A stretch of 45,588 nt of DNA, filler included, from Candidatus Woesearchaeota archaeon (GCA_018221105.1; 6 parts of 5 records of this genome joined end to end with filler, not necessarily neighbours in it); one strand, 5' to 3'; positions 20,174-29,696 are shown, counted from the first letter of the whole stretch. Translations and numbers: made by a program. Notes: generated from the letters alone by a model not told the origin.

Positions 20174-21444
20174 AAAAACAATTAATCACGCTGATTATTA
20201 GCATGCTTTTACTATTTTCAACAATGGTAAGCGCTGCTGTTATTGATGATGAAGTGCCAAGTTTTATTCCTGATACTACAAGCAATGTCAGAATAGAACT
20301 TTTGCGCGCAGAACCATCACCTGTAGAGCCAGGAGAGTATATCATGGCATATTTTAAAGCCGAGAATTTTGCAACTGTCAAAGCAAAAGAGGTTGTTTTT
20401 GAATTTATTGAAAATTATCCTTTCAGCCTTGACGAGACAACAGATCCTATTACAGAATATGGTCTTGTTGGAGCATTAGATTTAATGACTTTTGATTATA
20501 AAATTCGTGTTGATGACAATGCTGTTGAGGGAACTAACCAAATAAAAATACGGGTTTCAACTGATGGTGGGATAACTTACAAAGAACAAAAGTTTAATGT
20601 TGCAGTTCGAACACGAGATGCAATTGTATCTATTGAAGACATAAAAACAACCCCTGAAAGTCTTGTTCCTGGTGAGACTGGAGCTGTAAAAATAACATTA
20701 AAAAATCTTGCTGACTCACTGGTTCGCGATATTAAGTTCGTTATGAGTTTTGAGCGGGTTCTTGGCAGCGGGGTCACTCAAACAGTTACTGATCTGCCTT
20801 TTGTTCCAATTGGCTCTAGTACTGAAAAAAATATCAAGCAGATGACTCCTGGACAAATCATTAGTTTCGATTTGAATATAATGCCATTTCCAGATGCTGC
20901 TGGCGGAGTTTACAAAATCCCTGTAACACTAACTTACTCTGATGAGACAGGCCAGACTTTTACACAAAACACTATTATAGGATTACCTGTCAATAGCATG
21001 CCAGATATTATAACAATGATTGACTCGAATACTGTTGTCGCAGGACAAAATGCTGGCGAGGTATCACTAAAATTTGTCAATAAAGGATTTACCGACATAA
21101 AGTTTTTCACTGTTGAAGTGATGGACAATGGAGCTTATGAAGTTGTTAGCCCTTCAAGAATTGTTTACATTGGCGATATTGATAGTGATGATTTTGAAAC
21201 TGCAGATTTTAACATTTTCATGACAAAAAATGTTAAAGAAGTTTTACTGCCAGTAAAAATAGAGTATCGTGATGCTAACAATAAGTTATACACTCAAAAT
21301 CTTGAAATACCATTAAAAATTAATGACGCTGCAAAACTAGGCAATAGCAGCAGTAAAAGCGGACTAATCATCTTTTTGTTGTTAGCTGCTGGTGGCGGAT
21401 ACTGGTATTATAGAAGAAGAAAGAAGAAAAAAAGCACAAAATAA
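20170..21444 (+). CDS. COG1361-like (S-layer/Ig-fold) secreted protein with C-terminal TM anchor
   Basis: Signal peptide, P.PVEPG, repeated beta domains, YIGDIDSDDFETADF, TM plus RRRKKK tail. Typical position in archaeal MacB-type operons. Confidence 0.82.
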   Translation: MKKQLITLIISMLLLFSTMVSAAVIDDEVPSFIPDTTSNVRIELLRAEPSPVEPGEYIMAYFKAENFATVKAKEVVFEFIENYPFSLDETTDPITEYGLVGALDLMTFDYKIRVDDNAVEGTNQIKIRVSTDGGITYKEQKFNVAVRTRDAIVSIEDIKTTPESLVPGETGAVKITLKNLADSLVRDIKFVMSFERVLGSGVTQTVTDLPFVPIGSSTEKNIKQMTPGQIISFDLNIMPFPDAAGGVYKIPVTLTYSDETGQTFTQNTIIGLPVNSMPDIITMIDSNTVVAGQNAGEVSLKFVNKGFTDIKFFTVEVMDNGAYEVVSPSRIVYIGDIDSDDFETADFNIFMTKNVKEVLLPVKIEYRDANNKLYTQNLEIPLKINDAAKLGNSSSKSGLIIFLLLAAGGGYWYYRRRKKKKSTK

Positions 21445-21475
21445 TGTTATTTTTCCTTTTTTTGGCGGTGGTGTA

Positions 21476-22684
21476 ATGTTTACTGATTACTTAAAAATAG
21501 CAGTTAATAATATTCGAAAACGTAAGCTTAGAAGTTGGCTTACAATGATAGGAATATTTATAGGCATTGCAGCAGTTGTTGCAATGATTTCTCTCGGTCA
21601 AGGAATGCGCAATTCTATAACAGAACAATTTGAGGCTTTTGGTATTGATAAAATAACAATCATGGCTGGAGGCGGGTTTTTCGGTATTGGCGGTAGTGCA
21701 GAATTAACAACTGAAGATTTAGACGTTATAAAAAAATCTCGCGGTGTTGCTGAAGTAACTGGTTTTCTTACAAGCACTGCAAGAGTAGAGTTTGGTGGTG
21801 AAAGCAAATTCACATTTATTAGCGGTGTTCCAACAGGTCCTGATGAGCGAGAATTAATGTTAGAGGTTTTAACAGTTGATATGGCCGATGGAAAATTTTT
21901 AGGCAGTGGTGATACTAGTCATGCAGTGATTGGTTATTTGGTTGGTAAGGGAGAATTTTTTGAAAAACCAGTAAAAGTTGGTGACAAAATAGTGATTGCC
22001 GAGAAAGAATTGAAAGTTATTGGCATAATAGACAAAATAGGCAATCCGAACGATGATACGGGAATAATAATAGATTTAGAGCTAGCAAGAGAAATATACG
22101 ATGAACCTGATCGTTTAGACGCTATCATGGCACAAGTTACAAAAGGCACAAGCCCGTCAAGTGTAGCTGAAAATATTGAAAAGGATTTGCGAAAGCATCG
22201 TGATGTGGAAATTGGAGAAGAAGACTTTAACGTTCTGACAACAGAACAACTTTTAGAATCCTTCAACACAGTACTAAACATTGTTACAGGAATACTTATT
22301 GGCATCGCTTCAATCTCATTATTAGTTGGCGGTGTTGGCATTATGAACACAATGTACACATCAGTCTTAGAGCGCACCAGTGAAATTGGAGTGATGAAAG
22401 CAATTGGTGCACGCAACAGCGACATACTAAAGATTTTCTTGACAGAATCCGCGATAATGGGAATTATTGGTGGCGCTATAGGAGTTGTGATAGGTGTTAT
22501 GATGGCAAAAACTGTAGAGTTAGCAGCTATTGCCGCAAATTATGATTTGTTAAAAGTGGAGTTTACTGCTTCAGTGATTTTAGGATCATTATTTTTTTCA
22601 ACAGTTGTTGGAACGCTTTCAGGGTTTTTGCCAGCGCGCCAAGCATCTTCAATAAAACCAGTTGACGCTTTGAGGTATGAATAA
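21476..22684 (+). CDS. ABC transporter permease (MacB/FtsX family); start reassigned to 21476
   Basis: RKLRSWLTMIGIFIGIAAV, GGVGIMNTMYTSVLERTSEIGVMKAIGA, PVDALRYE. GGTGGTG RBS. Confidence 0.95.
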   Translation: MFTDYLKIAVNNIRKRKLRSWLTMIGIFIGIAAVVAMISLGQGMRNSITEQFEAFGIDKITIMAGGGFFGIGGSAELTTEDLDVIKKSRGVAEVTGFLTSTARVEFGGESKFTFISGVPTGPDERELMLEVLTVDMADGKFLGSGDTSHAVIGYLVGKGEFFEKPVKVGDKIVIAEKELKVIGIIDKIGNPNDDTGIIIDLELAREIYDEPDRLDAIMAQVTKGTSPSSVAENIEKDLRKHRDVEIGEEDFNVLTTEQLLESFNTVLNIVTGILIGIASISLLVGGVGIMNTMYTSVLERTSEIGVMKAIGARNSDILKIFLTESAIMGIIGGAIGVVIGVMMAKTVELAAIAANYDLLKVEFTASVILGSLFFSTVVGTLSGFLPARQASSIKPVDALRYE

Positions 22685-23904
22685 TGCGAGCAGAATATAT
22701 CAAAATTGCATTCAATAACATTCTAAAAAGACGACTTCGCAGTTGGCTTACAATGATAGGAATATTTATAGGCATCTCAGCAGTAGTCGCACTAATTTCA
22801 CTTGGCCAAGGCGCTCAAGCAGCCATTGATGAAGAATTTGCAAAGAGCGGCGCTGACAGAATAGTAATACAACCAGCAGGCGGTTTCAGCACCAGCCCAA
22901 TTAGTGTTGAAATGACTTCTGAAAAATTAGTAGAACGTGATATTGAAATAGTTAAAGGCGTCAGAGGAGTTGATGTTGTAACTCCAATGCGTTCAAAAAT
23001 TGCACGAGTAAAATTTAAAGATGAGACTAAAGGTTTGTTTATTATTGCAATTTCTACTGATAAAGATGTTTTGCAAAGAGTTGAAACAGTAGATTTTTTG
23101 CGTGTTGAAAAAGGACGACAACTAACACCACAAGACCAGTATAAAGCAATAGCTGGCAAAGCATTGGCTGACGACTTATTCGAGCGCTCAGTAGCCATTG
23201 GCGATAAACTAATTATTGATGAAGTAGAGTTTGAAGTTGTGGGTATTCAAAAAGACAGTGGTAACCCCGGACAGAACGCTATGGTTCGCATTCCAACAGA
23301 TACTGCTAAAGAATTATTCGAGTTTGGTGATGATATTGGCACTATGATGGTGTGGGTTAAAGACGCAAAAAACATTGATGATGTCGCTGATAGAATAGCA
23401 AGGGTTTTGCGAAAAGAGCATGACGTAGAAGTAGGACAAGAAGATTTCACAATACAAACTGCCAGTCAAATTGTTGAGGGTTTCAAACAAATTTTTGGCG
23501 CAGTCACAGCAGTACTCATTGGCATAGCATTTATTAGTTTGATTGTTGGCGGCATTGGCATTATGAACACAATGTACACTTCAGTTTTAGAAAGAACTAA
23601 AGAGATTGGCATCATGAAAGCTATAGGCGCTCGCAACAGTGACGTATTACAAATTTTTTTAACAGAAGCTGGAGTGCTAGGATTTGTTGGAGGTCTTATA
23701 GGGCTTGCTATAGGAGCTGGAATTTCAAAACTTGTAGAGTTTGCAATAGGAGTTCAGTATGGTATTAGTTTGATTAAAGCAGTTTTTCCAACAAGTTTGT
23801 TAGTTGGGGCAATGGTTTTCTCTGTTGGCGTTGGAATATTATCTGGAGCACTGCCTGCATTGCAAGCTGCTAAGATGAATCCTGTTGACGCTCTTAGAAA
23901 ATAA
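22684..23904 (+). CDS. ABC transporter permease (MacB/FtsX family), second paralog
   Basis: RLRSWLTMIGIFIG, GIMNTMYTSVLERTKEIGIMKAIGA, NPVDALRK. Confidence 0.95.
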   Translation: MRAEYIKIAFNNILKRRLRSWLTMIGIFIGISAVVALISLGQGAQAAIDEEFAKSGADRIVIQPAGGFSTSPISVEMTSEKLVERDIEIVKGVRGVDVVTPMRSKIARVKFKDETKGLFIIAISTDKDVLQRVETVDFLRVEKGRQLTPQDQYKAIAGKALADDLFERSVAIGDKLIIDEVEFEVVGIQKDSGNPGQNAMVRIPTDTAKELFEFGDDIGTMMVWVKDAKNIDDVADRIARVLRKEHDVEVGQEDFTIQTASQIVEGFKQIFGAVTAVLIGIAFISLIVGGIGIMNTMYTSVLERTKEIGIMKAIGARNSDVLQIFLTEAGVLGFVGGLIGLAIGAGISKLVEFAIGVQYGISLIKAVFPTSLLVGAMVFSVGVGILSGALPALQAAKMNPVDALRK

Positions 23905-23939
23905 ATAAGTTTAAGTATAACTTTTCTTGATATAATATA

Positions 23940-24335
23940 ATGAGAAAACTATTTTATGTAGCAATTGCCAGTGTACTAGTTACAGGAGCTTGTGCTATAA
24001 GGCCTCCAATGATAGTATCTCCGCAAGCAGTAAAAGAATTTCCTAGTGAACCAGCACTGCTTGAAGAGACTATCGATCACCCAGAACTTACTCAACAGGA
24101 TAAAGACTTGGATAATATATTAATTGCTGCTAGAGCACATGAAAATTTTTATAATGCTCGACTTGAAAACATAAAAGCACTTGCAAGTGAACAAACGCCT
24201 GATTATCAAAAAGAGCGAAGTTTTTTTGAAACAATGAGTCATGCATTAAATGATATTGTTGAACTAGAGAAATATCCTTATCTGTTAGAAAATATTTTGC
24301 CAGCTTTATCTTATGGTAGCATTCTGTCAAGATAA
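23940..24335 (+). CDS. Hypothetical lipoprotein-like protein
   Basis: Signal peptide ending VTGAC. Convergent 25-nt overlap with radical SAM gene. Confidence 0.6.
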   Translation: MRKLFYVAIASVLVTGACAIRPPMIVSPQAVKEFPSEPALLEETIDHPELTQQDKDLDNILIAARAHENFYNARLENIKALASEQTPDYQKERSFFETMSHALNDIVELEKYPYLLENILPALSYGSILSR

Positions 24336-25306
24336 AGTTTCAGGGTTTTTTTGACTTCAGTTTTTAATTCATTATCTATGTTTAATTCTTTTATTTGTTT
24401 TTGCCAGTCTATTTTTGGCATTTTTGTCAGTGTCCCACTAAATTCTCTGCCTGCTTTTTTTATTTGCTCTTCTAAAATTTTCGCGTTTTGGCTTGCGAAT
24501 TGTTTTGTTGCTGGAAATTTTGTTATAGCGTTAGCGCCAGCTTTTAGTATTGTTGAAACTTCGCTGACTCGCCTGGCTGTTGTGCCTGCAATAATTTGAA
24601 TTAATGGAAAGCTAAGGCGTGTTTTTGCTATCCACCAAGCGTAATCATCAGTAGTTGGCCCCTCAACGTAGGGCGTGTTTGGTACTGGTTTTAGTGCGTA
24701 AAATGTGATTCTTTCTAGCTTGTGCTTTTTTATGAAAGCTTCTAATAGTTCGAAGTCTTCTTTTTTTTCTCCAAGACCAATAACCATTGTCATGCTTTTT
24801 TTAAAATCAGTGGCAGCCTCAAACATTTGTTCGTAAGGCTCTATTGGTTTATTTGGACAGATTTTGTCGTGTAGTTTTGGTTCTATTGTTTCAATTGATG
24901 CCACTATTCCTTTAACATATGGTTTGAAAGCTTTTAGTTCATCAGGTTTTAATGCTCCAAGGTTAAGCCATAGTTTTTGATCTGTGACTTCGCTTACTAT
25001 TTTTGTAATACTTACTAATTCTTCTAAAGGGTATATACCATAGCCTCCTGTTAAGAATTCTATGTGCCAGCCAAGGTTTTTTGCAAGGAGTGCTTCTACT
25101 ATCATTGACGCTAGTGATCGCTTGGCGTGGCTTGCGTGTTGTATCCTATTTTTTTGTGTTGAGCGATAGCAAAACTTGCAAGTGCCTACTTCGCAGTACC
25201 AGCTCAAGAATATGCAGCGACCAAACCAGGTTTTTTTGCCAAAATTATCAATTGTTAGTTTGTTAGCTTTTTCTATTAATTGTTTTGTTTTCTCGTCCAT
25301 AAACAT
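24311..25306 (-). CDS. Radical SAM protein, BioB-related, with atypical Cx4Cx2C motif
   Basis: WYCEVGTCKFCY, FLTGG, SIET, IGLGE, LKPVPNTP, AGANAI. Confidence 0.85.
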   Translation of the reverse strand: MFMDEKTKQLIEKANKLTIDNFGKKTWFGRCIFLSWYCEVGTCKFCYRSTQKNRIQHASHAKRSLASMIVEALLAKNLGWHIEFLTGGYGIYPLEELVSITKIVSEVTDQKLWLNLGALKPDELKAFKPYVKGIVASIETIEPKLHDKICPNKPIEPYEQMFEAATDFKKSMTMVIGLGEKKEDFELLEAFIKKHKLERITFYALKPVPNTPYVEGPTTDDYAWWIAKTRLSFPLIQIIAGTTARRVSEVSTILKAGANAITKFPATKQFASQNAKILEEQIKKAGREFSGTLTKMPKIDWQKQIKELNIDNELKTEVKKTLKLYLDRMLP

Positions 25307-25400
25307 TTGGTATTTTTTGTGTTATTTAAAAATAGTTGGTAAAGCTTTTTATAAAATGAAAACATGCTAAAAAGAGATAGTTTTAGGGGGTGTTATTCTT

Positions 25401-25850
25401 ATGGAAAAAAACGGGTATGTTAATAGAATATTGAATTGTTCACAACAAAATAGTTTTCGTCTGTATAAAATTATTGAAGTGCCGGCCGAAACTCCATTAA
25501 ATGAATGGCCTAAAGATGTTTTTTTTAATGCTAGAGTTTATGAGTTAACGCTTTCAGTTGATGGAAAAACTTTGTTTGAAGTTTTTTATGCTCCTCCGAC
25601 ACCTCAAGAAGAAGCGATAAATATTCAAGTTGAAGGTGCTGATCGAAATATTGAAAGTATTGTTGGAGATGGGGGTATTGGCAGGCTAGGAGAAAACATT
25701 TCTGATGAATTAAGCGCTAAAATCAAAAAACTCTTAAAAAAGCATAAACAAAAATCTTCTTCAAAACTTCCACCTAAAAGTTCTAAAGTTAAAAAACCTA
25801 TTAGTTCTTCAGCTGATAAAGTGACCAAACCACATTCTTGTCGTGTTTAA
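25401..25850 (+). CDS. Hypothetical protein
   Basis: 149-aa ORF with GGGGGTG RBS-like element. Stop abuts the tRNA 3' end. Confidence 0.55.
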   Translation: MEKNGYVNRILNCSQQNSFRLYKIIEVPAETPLNEWPKDVFFNARVYELTLSVDGKTLFEVFYAPPTPQEEAINIQVEGADRNIESIVGDGGIGRLGENISDELSAKIKKLLKKHKQKSSSKLPPKSSKVKKPISSSADKVTKPHSCRV

Positions 25851-25937
25851 GCCCTTGGTGAGAGTTGCACTCACGACCTGCTGCTTGCTCGAGTTTGTTT
25901 TACGAGGCAGCCGCAATAGCTGCTATGCTACAAGGGC
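25850..25937 (-). tRNA. tRNA-Thr(CGT) with 15-nt intron at position 37/38 (25886-25900)
   Basis: Acceptor GCCCTTG/CAAGGGC, anticodon stem GCTGC/GCAGC, T stem GTGAG/CTCAC. Bulge-helix-bulge with central CTCG/CGAG helix. Mature length 73 nt, no encoded CCA. Confidence 0.9.
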
Positions 25938-25945
25938 GTGTGACA

Positions 25946-26095
25946 TCATAGTTTTTTCTTTAAATCTTTCATATCTTTTGTTTTTTGACACTGTGGACAC
26001 ACAATTTTTTTCTTTTTCCCTTTGACTAGGTATGTGCCAACTATTTTTTTTAGAAATGTTGTTTCTATTTTTTTGTTGCAATAATTGCATTTCAT
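25946..26095 (-). CDS. 49-aa zinc-ribbon microprotein (below the ORF-track cutoff)
   Basis: Manual translation MKCNYCNKKIETTFLKKIVGTYLVKGKKKKIVCPQCQKTKDMKDLKKKL has two CxxC. TTTATAAA box upstream. Confidence 0.8.
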   Translation of the reverse strand: MKCNYCNKKIETTFLKKIVGTYLVKGKKKKIVCPQCQKTKDMKDLKKKL

Positions 26096-26326
26096 GTTGT
26101 TGTGTTAACTTGAGGTATTTATAAAAGTAACTGGGTTGAAGGTTTTAGAGCAAATAATTAAATATATGTGTATTTATTTAATATAATTAGCACAATTATA
26201 TATTATTTTATACTTTTTTATTTAAATATGTAATATTTTAATGAATAAAAAATACATTTATATTTAATTATAGTGCATAAATATTAGAAACATTTAAATA
26301 TCAGTGTATTCAGTTTCTTTATTAGT

Positions 26327-26848
26327 TTGGCCAAAGAGAAAAGAACTTTTGATAGTGGAGAACAGTTAAACCTAGAACAATTTTTCTCAAGCCACAGTGA
26401 ACAAGAACTAATTCTGCTTCGCAACTTGTTAGACAATCTAGTACTACAAAAACGCAAAGAAAAAGAATTAGAGTTCAGCATCCCACTATCAATTTTTTCT
26501 CAACAATTAAGTCCTGCAGAAGCACTTGTGAAATTCTTAAAAGATAACAAAGGCTTGCGCTTTTGCAATATTGCAAAAGCTTTGCAAAAAAAAGAAAATG
26601 GTGTTTGGCTCAATTATCAGCGAGCCATCAAAAAAAAATCTGGTGAGCTGACAAGCCTGCCTGATGACATTCAAATTCCTCTATACATTTTCAAAAATCC
26701 TAGTTTAAGCTATCTTGAGAGCATCGTGTATTACTTGCGAACAGAGCTCAAACTATCAAACAAACTAATCGCCAAGAAACTATCAAAGTCAGAACAAGTG
26801 CTCTCAATAGCATATAATCGTGCAAAAAACAAACTAAAAAATGAGTAA
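26327..26848 (+). CDS. Tandem helix-turn-helix protein (paralog of 8981-9481)
   Basis: IPLSIF..LSPAEALVKFLKD..IAKAL and IPLYIF..LSYLESIVYYLR..LSNKLIAKKLSKS repeats. Confidence 0.82.
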   Translation: MAKEKRTFDSGEQLNLEQFFSSHSEQELILLRNLLDNLVLQKRKEKELEFSIPLSIFSQQLSPAEALVKFLKDNKGLRFCNIAKALQKKENGVWLNYQRAIKKKSGELTSLPDDIQIPLYIFKNPSLSYLESIVYYLRTELKLSNKLIAKKLSKSEQVLSIAYNRAKNKLKNE

Positions 26849-29696
26849 GAAAACAATAGACTACATCAAAAAATGCCGACAGTCAGGCTTTTCAGATAGT
26901 CAAATTCATGCGCAATTATTAGCGCATGACTATTCAGAAAGGTTTGTCAATAAGTGTTTTACTAGTCTACGCCATGATCGTGAATTACGCTTTGTTGCAA
27001 GCCTAGCAGTCTTTGTAATGATCGCTTCAATGTTAATACTTTTCAAACCCCAATTGACCGGTTACTTGGTCAAGGGCGTTGTTCACACCCACTCTGAAAC
27101 ACTAGACTTGACCTTTAACAAGTCTACAAGTTTTGAGTGGACGCCAGAAAATCAGGGAGCGCTAAACGCGCTCCTTGGCTCTGGCACTTTTGCAGGTAAT
27201 GGCACTGCAAGAATTGTTTTGATAGTCAATGATTCAGAATTTGTAATCTTTGATAGTGTTAAACTTACACAGTCTGGATTGGGATTAATTACTGGTTTCT
27301 CTGTAGTAGATACTACTGATGATAATTCTGGCTCGCAAGACGCCAAACCCCCAGTTAGCGAGCCAGAGCCCCAACCAGACCCAGAACCTACAGAAGAAGT
27401 TATAGAAGATACGCCAGAAGAAGTAGTTGAAGAAATTGTAGAAGAAGTTATAGAAGAAACGGTGCAAGAACAGATAGAACCTGAGCCAATAGTTAAGCAA
27501 GAAGAGCCAGTGATTGAAGAACAAGTCAATGATACTGTTGAAGAGATTATTGAAGAACAAGTCAATGAAACAGTAGAAGAAACTATCAATGAAACTGTAG
27601 AAACCCCGATAGTTAATGAAACCATTATTAATGAGACAGTTGAAGAGCCAGTAGTTAATCAGAGCGTTGAAGAAATTGTTAATGAGACTGTAGAAGAGAT
27701 TATTAACGAAACAATTGATGAAGAACCAGAAGAAGAGGAACCTGTTGATGAGCCTCCAATTGTCCAAGAGCCTGTAGAGAATGTTACAGTGCAATATGAT
27801 AATTTTACAGTCTTTGTTGATGTGTGTGTTGACACTTGCTTGCTGAGTGGAGTACAACAAGACAATTACACAATAAGAGTAGAGTTAGAAAACAGTATTT
27901 TAACACTTGATAGTTTCAAGTATTCAATAATAGAACAAGTCGAAATCGAAGAAGTCAATGTTACAATTAATGATACTATCAATGAAACTATAAACGCAAC
28001 ACTTGAGAATGTGACGATTGTTAATGCTACAAACGAGACAGTGTTAAACATTACAGTAAACGCTACAGTTAACGCGACACCACTGCTTGATCAGGCAATT
28101 ATGAACTCGTCATTTGTTGAGATTAACAAGCCTGTAAAATGGGTGCAAACAATCAACACCAGTCAAAGTACTACTTTTAGCTTGCCAAAAGAAACCTTCA
28201 ACATAACACTTTCAAGCAATGCCAGTGTCAAATTGAAAACTTACGAGTTCACTGTTGATGATTATAATGTTGAAAAAGAGCATGACGTGCTAGTAAAACA
28301 ATTAGCACGACTTGCGCGCCAGCAGAGCAAGAAGTACAAAGCCAAGCGCGAATTAGACATCAATAGTACTAAAGCACGAATTGAGGCTTTGCAATCATTA
28401 GTTATTGGAATCTCAATTGATGAAAATATAACAATACAAGTTTCAAACGCTACGCCAACAATTAGTCTCGAGTATTGGACTGAAGGGCCAATTGTACAAG
28501 AAGTTGAGTTAAGCCAACACCAAAAACGCATCACTGTAAGCAGCGACTTACATTACACAGACATCTTAGCATACACCGATATCATTGAAGTACCAGCTGA
28601 GAAAGTTAACTTGTACTGGCTGCGCTCAACCGGCAGAGTAAAAGTTAGCGCCACGCTTGTTGACACTAATAATAACAGTTTAGTTGATCGTGTAGAATGG
28701 ATTGTGCCACACCTTTCAAACGAGACTTATGAAGTCAGCATCACGATTTTGACATTGCAAAGTTATCCAACAATTGGCGGCAATTGGATTACAGAGTTTA
28801 CCACCACAGGAGTTGCTAACTTGACAATTGAAGGTGATGAAGGAACAATCTTTGGCGTTGACCTAGAACACTTGAGCTTGCGCTGTGGTGAAACTGTGCT
28901 AACACCTGATTATGATGGCACAAGAGTGTACTATGAAGATTATAGTTGTAATGAGACTGGCTATCACACAGTACAAGTCTTGACTACTGGAAAGCACACT
29001 CAAAAATACACTTTTGGAAATGCTACAGGCTGGGCTCGCAACCTAGCAGGAAACCTGCCAAAAACAATCAACATCCACGGAAAACTAACATATGATAATG
29101 GCACTTTAGTCAACACAACAGTAAACTTCACATTCAGATTATATGATGTGTTCACTGGCGGCATTAAAGAATGGGAAGAAAACCAAACAGGCATAACTGT
29201 AGATGAAGGGGTCTACAATGCAATACTTGGAAGTGTTGAGCCAATAGTTTTGAATTTTTCAAAACCATACTATTTAGGAGTTGAAGTAGACGAAGATGGC
29301 GAAATGTCGCCACGCATTAATTTAACAAACCAACCTTATGCTTATAGCAGTTTCTTAGCAGAAGAAGCTTTGACTGTGAACTGTGTCAACTGTCTTGATG
29401 AGACAGAAATCAATACTTCAGACAGTTTTGACATTGAAGGAACACTGAACGCTAGCAGTGCACTAAATGTTGGCGGAGTCTTCAACGCGACAAGCACAAC
29501 AGAAATTGGCGGTGCTTTAACTGCAAAGAACAGCGTGCAAGTTGACGGAGTGCTAACAGCAACAAACAATGTCATAGTACAAGAAAATATTACAATTCAA
29601 GGATTAACAAACACAAGCGGAGGACTGATAATCGAGACCAGAACAGATGATCCTGCAAGCCCAGAAACTGGCAGGATATGGTTGAGAATAGACTAA
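26841..29696 (+). CDS. Membrane-anchored surface/fibre protein with acidic stalk and C-terminal tail-fibre-like module
   Basis: Cytoplasmic helical head, TM, E/V/NET-rich linker, CVDTC, then HGKL..FTFRLYD..G..WEE..V.EG.YN.ILG..YLGVEV..EMSPR..L...PYA, short beta repeats and DPASPETGRIW end. Confidence 0.85.
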   Translation: MSKKTIDYIKKCRQSGFSDSQIHAQLLAHDYSERFVNKCFTSLRHDRELRFVASLAVFVMIASMLILFKPQLTGYLVKGVVHTHSETLDLTFNKSTSFEWTPENQGALNALLGSGTFAGNGTARIVLIVNDSEFVIFDSVKLTQSGLGLITGFSVVDTTDDNSGSQDAKPPVSEPEPQPDPEPTEEVIEDTPEEVVEEIVEEVIEETVQEQIEPEPIVKQEEPVIEEQVNDTVEEIIEEQVNETVEETINETVETPIVNETIINETVEEPVVNQSVEEIVNETVEEIINETIDEEPEEEEPVDEPPIVQEPVENVTVQYDNFTVFVDVCVDTCLLSGVQQDNYTIRVELENSILTLDSFKYSIIEQVEIEEVNVTINDTINETINATLENVTIVNATNETVLNITVNATVNATPLLDQAIMNSSFVEINKPVKWVQTINTSQSTTFSLPKETFNITLSSNASVKLKTYEFTVDDYNVEKEHDVLVKQLARLARQQSKKYKAKRELDINSTKARIEALQSLVIGISIDENITIQVSNATPTISLEYWTEGPIVQEVELSQHQKRITVSSDLHYTDILAYTDIIEVPAEKVNLYWLRSTGRVKVSATLVDTNNNSLVDRVEWIVPHLSNETYEVSITILTLQSYPTIGGNWITEFTTTGVANLTIEGDEGTIFGVDLEHLSLRCGETVLTPDYDGTRVYYEDYSCNETGYHTVQVLTTGKHTQKYTFGNATGWARNLAGNLPKTINIHGKLTYDNGTLVNTTVNFTFRLYDVFTGGIKEWEENQTGITVDEGVYNAILGSVEPIVLNFSKPYYLGVEVDEDGEMSPRINLTNQPYAYSSFLAEEALTVNCVNCLDETEINTSDSFDIEGTLNASSALNVGGVFNATSTTEIGGALTAKNSVQVDGVLTATNNVIVQENITIQGLTNTSGGLIIETRTDDPASPETGRIWLRID
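27350..27790 (+). repeat. Low-complexity coding repeats (EEVVEE, VNETVEE units)
   Basis: Repeated aatga(a/g)ac(a/t)gt(a/t)gaaga-like units encoding an acidic, sequon-rich linker. Confidence 0.8.

Noticed and set aside
21392..21475. N-terminal extension of the first permease
   Set aside because: Overlaps the upstream gene. RBS and paralog alignment support ATG 21476.
23940..25850. Integrated element at the tRNA-Thr 3' end
   Set aside because: No integrase, and I found no duplicated tRNA 3' segment. Only two orphan ORFs.
25843..26025. 60-aa plus-strand ORF
   Set aside because: Antisense to the tRNA-Thr and the zinc-ribbon ORF.
26100..26326. Very AT-rich stretch as replication origin
   Set aside because: No ORB-like repeats or adjacent cdc6/orc1. 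Better explained as a divergent promoter region.
27350..27790. Repeat array as possible CRISPR or DGR
   Set aside because: Degenerate in-frame coding repeats without unique spacers. No cas or reverse transcriptase gene in the window.
27152..27865. Long antisense ORFs (also 8456-8884, 21934-22425, 40837-41247, 38992-39303 and similar)
   Set aside because: Shadows of biased-codon genes on the opposite strand, with no motifs or RBS.
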